Source: the human T2T-CHM13v2.0 reference genome, Homo sapiens. From it: DNA of 64,000 nt. Within the stretch, counting starts at the first letter, position 1, and every line of letters starts with the position of its first letter. The translations under genes and the position numbers were made by a program. The stretch is taken from the NCBI RefSeq assembly GCF_009914755.1, contig NC_060925.1; one strand, given 5' to 3'. Under the pieces are notes generated by a model. The model was not told the origin of the DNA and made no database searches. It saw only the letters and a list, made by a program, of their open reading frames with translations. Below are positions 57,817 through 64,000 of this stretch, in pieces.

Positions 57817-59788
57817 TCACTTATTAAATCTTTACAATAAACCTGGGGGCAAGAATGGGACATGGATGGTTAAGTTAATTACTCATAGTCACAAACTGAG
57901 TGCCTGAGCAGAGATTGAAATCCAGATAGTTCAATTCCAGAACCAGCAGTCTTAATCGTGACATTTTTCTGCCAGGCTATCCATGAGACTGGTGAAGGCC
58001 CACACTCTTTGAGATTCCATTTTCTCATACCTAGTGAGCCTATCTGATACAGTTATATTGAGCATAAACAAAATAGTCTATGTAAAACACATAGTACGGT
58101 GCCTAGAATATAGTAAGAACTCAATAGATCATAGCTATATTTTATTTTATTATTTCCTTTTTAAAAGGTGTATTCAGTATTAAGAGGGAAAGGCTAAAGT
58201 GAGCAATGGAAAAACAGGTCAGATTCAGCCCTTTGCCCCAACCCTAGTAAGGACAAGTACACTTGGTTTTGATGTCTCGATATCTCAAGGTTTTAGATTT
58301 ATAGATGTTCATGTTCCTGTCTCAAGAGCACCTTGCTGTATCCATCAAAACCTGGTGGCAGATTAACTGAGTGTGAATGATCTATCTCAGATAGAATTTG
58401 AGCTTCAAACTAGAAGCAAAAGCAAGAAATAAATTGCTAAACTGTGGAAAGCATTCGGATGATCTAATATGCTATTCAACGCAGTGCTTGAGAGAAGATG
58501 TCTCACTGTTGGCTAATCTCTTCTTGTTTTTGAGACAGAATACCTTGCATTTAATACCTTGCATTTGCAAATATACATCTGCGTTGATATACTCATCACA
58601 GGTCAATGTATGCAAACCTAAATTTTAGATACAACAACAACCGTATGCAAGTCTATAAACCGAGACCCAAAACCATGTTTCCTCCTGACGTGTAAAGTGG
58701 TTTTGATGTATTTTCCTATTTATGAATGTATTAGAGCCAATCATGTCTCACCACGAAAACTATATTTTTTTACTGTATTTCAGATTACCTTTCCCAAGTG
58801 GCAGTGAGAATTTGTATTCATTTAATTCAACACAACAAGTATTATAATTTAAAAGTCTGCTACAGGCCAGCAATGTGCTACACATTCCCCAGGCAGATAA
58901 AAGGAAAAACCCTGCAGATTACCGGTAAGCCCCGTTTCTGAACCATGGATGTGAGGGCGAAGAGGCTCGATGCAATTGTTACAGAGGGGCTGAGGCTGCA
59001 TTGGTTTGGATGAGAGTAACACTGAGGAAGAGAATACCCACCAGTGTGCACTGCCCCTTCGTCAAATGTGTTGTCATTTGACTCCGAAAGCTCAATTTCC
59101 CCAGGTAAGGTGAGGCAGTCATGTGCCTGGAAAGCCTGGATTCTGGGGCTCAATTCTGCCTCCTGTAAAGACGCCACTGTAAGCCCTGCCTGGTGCTGAG
59201 CCCGGCAGAGCAGGCCCTCAGACATCATGAACCTGTATTCAAATGGCCATCTCTAAAGGTTAGTCAATCATGGCATTTGTTCCATGAACTATGATTTGAC
59301 ATGTTCCATCTGCAGGACAGTAACAAGAAAGTCAGTCAGTGGGAAACAATAATAAAATCAGGTCTGAACTTGCATAGGTGAATAGTTAACTGGGGGACAC
59401 CAAAGTGGGAACATTCAGTAAGCGGCGGGGTATATAGTCAAGAGCTAGGTCTTGACTAGAAATCCTAACTTGGGAATTATCAATTTAGTTGAAGGCATAG
59501 ACATAGATAAGAAGAGAAGAGAACTGAAGTGAAACCCAGGGAACCACACACGTCTGAGGGTCAGGAGCAACGAGAGAAGCTCCTGAAGGACAGTGGGAAG
59601 TAGGAAGTAGGCATTTACATGTGGAAAAGTCTCGAGATAGTTCCATTCTGAAAATATAGCAAAGTAGATCACTTGAAAGCTTTCTGTTACAAAACACTTA
59701 GAAAAGCGATATAAAATATATCAAAACATATTTCTAATGCATAGCTGAGCCTCTAATAAATTAAGGAAAATTCAAATACAGAAATAGG

Positions 59789-60190
<402 letters not shown>

Positions 60191-60916
60191 TTAACTGCCC
60201 CATGGAGATTGGAGAGGCGGCTTTGGACTTCCACAAGGCATAGAGTTGAAATAGAGACTCTTGCATGAAGCTGTAACATTTTTTTCCATTTGTTTGAAGT
60301 TTTCCACAATAAAAAGCTATTTTTAAATAAGAAATGGGCACCAACAGTGAACCATAATGTAAAGTATGGATTTTGAGTGATGATGATGTACTGATGTAGG
60401 TTCATCAATTGTAAGAAATGTAGCATTCTCTGTGGATGGCAGGGGTGGATGCTAACAGTGGAGAAGTCTGTGTATGTGTGGGGACAAGGGTTATGAGGAA
60501 ACTCTGTACTTTTTGCTCAGTTTTGCTGTGAACCTAAAGTTGATCTAAAAATATGAAGTCTCTAGAACAAAAAGAGAAAAAAAGAAATGAAGTTCTGGGG
60601 TTCCTGGCAGAAGCAGATGCAAACGTCTCCAGAAGACAGATACAGGCAGTACAGAATTCCCACAGATATGGTGTACTCACAATCATGAAATCGTGGATAT
60701 GAACAAGCAAGCTGCATGAAAATCACACTCAACAACCAGTGAAATTAGAGCCTCAGGACTTGCAAAAACGAAGCACTCAGGAAAGTTATAGAAAAGAAAT
60801 AAGTTTCATATTATTAAAAAATAAATCAAATCATAAGAAAGGAACTATTGGCTTTTTAAGGGAAAAAAGGCATATTTTAAAGGAAATGACCAAAACTTCC
60901 AGAAATGAAAAACTTA

Positions 60917-61287
<371 letters not shown>

Positions 61288-61470
61288 CTATAGTGAGTTA
61301 AAAAGCAGATTAGACACAGCCAAACAGATAATTTTTACACCTCAAAAATGAAAGATCAGTAGTCTATCCAGAAAATAGAACAGGGAAAAAAAGATATAGA
61401 ATGCAGAAAGGAGGAATAGCAGTAAGAATTTTTATATATTGCAGAGGGGAGCAGAACTTGGTACAGTCAA

Positions 61471-61797
61471 TTTGTTTTTTTGTTGATGGTGTTTTGTTGT
61501 TTTCGTTTTTATTTTTGAGGCACAGTCTCACTCTGTTGCCCAGCTGGAGTGCGATGGCGTGATCTTGGCTCACTGCAACTTCCATCTCCTGAGTTTAAGT
61601 GATTCTCCTGCCTCAGCCTACCGAGTAGCTGGGGTTACACGTGCCCGCTACCATGCCTGGCTAGTTTTTGTATTTTTAGTAGAGATGGGGTTTCACCATG
61701 TTGGCCAGGCTGGTCTTGAACTCCTGACCTCAGGTGAACCGCCCGCCTTGGCCTCCCAAAGTGCTAGGACTACAGGCATGAGCCACAGTGCCTGGAC
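61471..61797 (-). mobile_element. AluS
   Basis: Full dimer with degenerate T-rich tail. Confidence 0.93.
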
Positions 61798-62595
61798 GAC
61801 AATTTCTTATGCAATCTGCTTAAAATACCCACCATTCTCTTCAAATTTCCTCTCCTACTCTCACCTTCTGACTTGCATCAGACACTTCCTACATCATAGA
61901 GAAAATACACTCTAGGTTCCTGATCCTCTCTTTAAAGAAATGCACCTGATCCTGCATTTATAACTTATTCTTTCCTTCTCTCATCTAAAGCAAATATCAC
62001 CTGAACCTATCCCCTCTCACACCAACAACAAATAACTACATCAATTATTCCCTCTCCTCTGGCAATAGCCTCTTCTCTCTCCTTGTTCATTCGTATCAGC
62101 ATATAGACATGATCTTTGTCCTATCTAGCCATGATCTGATTTTTCTCTTTATAGTCACAGCCAAGATTCTCCCAATTTTAGTTTACTCTTAGGAGTTCTC
62201 ATTTGTTTAATTGGAAATATGTCTTGCTGAGATTATTAATAAACTTCCATTTATCTGATTCAGGGAAACATTTTTCAGTTCTTATTTTGAACTCTGTGAC
62301 ATTTGGCAAAATTGCTTATTTCTTATTTTGATCTGGTTCTTTTATCCCATGGAGTAATATTTTTTCAACATATTTTGGTTCTAAGTAGTTCTAATATATG
62401 AATACAATTTTATTAAATCATAACTCTTCAAATAAACCTAGAATTACCATCAATGTACACTGAAGTGTGTATCAGTGTATACTACAGTGGTTTGCAAACC
62501 TAAAGCAGTGATTAAAGCATTTTCTTCAAATGAAAATTTATGCAGAAGTTTGATAGTCATTCATTCATTAATTTTTTCATTTACTAATTTATTAA

Positions 62596-63025
<430 letters not shown>

Positions 63026-63243
63026 CCTGCTCTTCTTTATCTAAACTAATCATCCTGATGAGCTCATCCAGTCTCATGACTTTAAAATAAATGCTTTCCA
63101 AATACTGAGGAAACTTCAATTTGTATCTTTAACCCAGACTTCTCCCTGAACTTCAGACTCCTATATCCAATTGCATCTTAGATGCATCTTCTTAAATGTG
63201 TAATAGGCATCTCAAATTTACCACGTTTAAAGTCAAACTTTTG

Positions 63244-63549
<306 letters not shown>

Positions 63550-63551
63550 GA

Positions 63552-63847
<296 letters not shown>

Positions 63848-64000
63848 TTATCCAGGACTTTCCTGCCTGAGAGGTTGCGAGGCATTGTTGAGGACTTACC
63901 TGGCATCAGAGACAATGGCATCATAAAGGCATCAATTTGAACAATTTTGGAGTTTTCCTCAGAAATCCTTAGCAACATGGATACAGAAGCAGAGATGACA

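Noticed and set aside
58539-58566. 14-bp tandem duplication AATACCTTGCATTT
   Set aside because: Ordinary micro-duplication with no further structure

Overview
This is primate (very probably human) non-coding genomic DNA, AT-rich and dense in repeats. I found no intact protein-coding gene, rRNA, tRNA or CRISPR array, and nothing prokaryotic. The one gene-derived feature is a near full-length processed pseudogene of RSL24D1 (12478-15234, +) with a poly(A) tail and target-site duplication (TSD). An ERV9 solo LTR (LTR12D/E-like, 13319-14669, minus strand) has inserted into its 3' UTR and points antisense into the pseudogene. The rest is a ~6 kb L1MA-type LINE that retains its 5' UTR, about 25 Alu or Alu-monomer copies, MaLR/ERV LTRs, DNA transposons (Charlie1a, Tigger2a, MER6, MER53, MADE1), L2/MIR relics and microsatellites. 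The best second-look items are the LTR12 antisense-promoter arrangement, an L1PA insertion carrying an apparent 3' transduction, several local templated or inverted insertions, tandem perfect splice donors, a MADE1 hairpin, and a possible minus-strand exon at the right edge. I cannot support a claim of a genuinely new biological system. Repeat subfamily names come from recalled consensus sequences, not from a database search, and the boundaries of old repeats are approximate.
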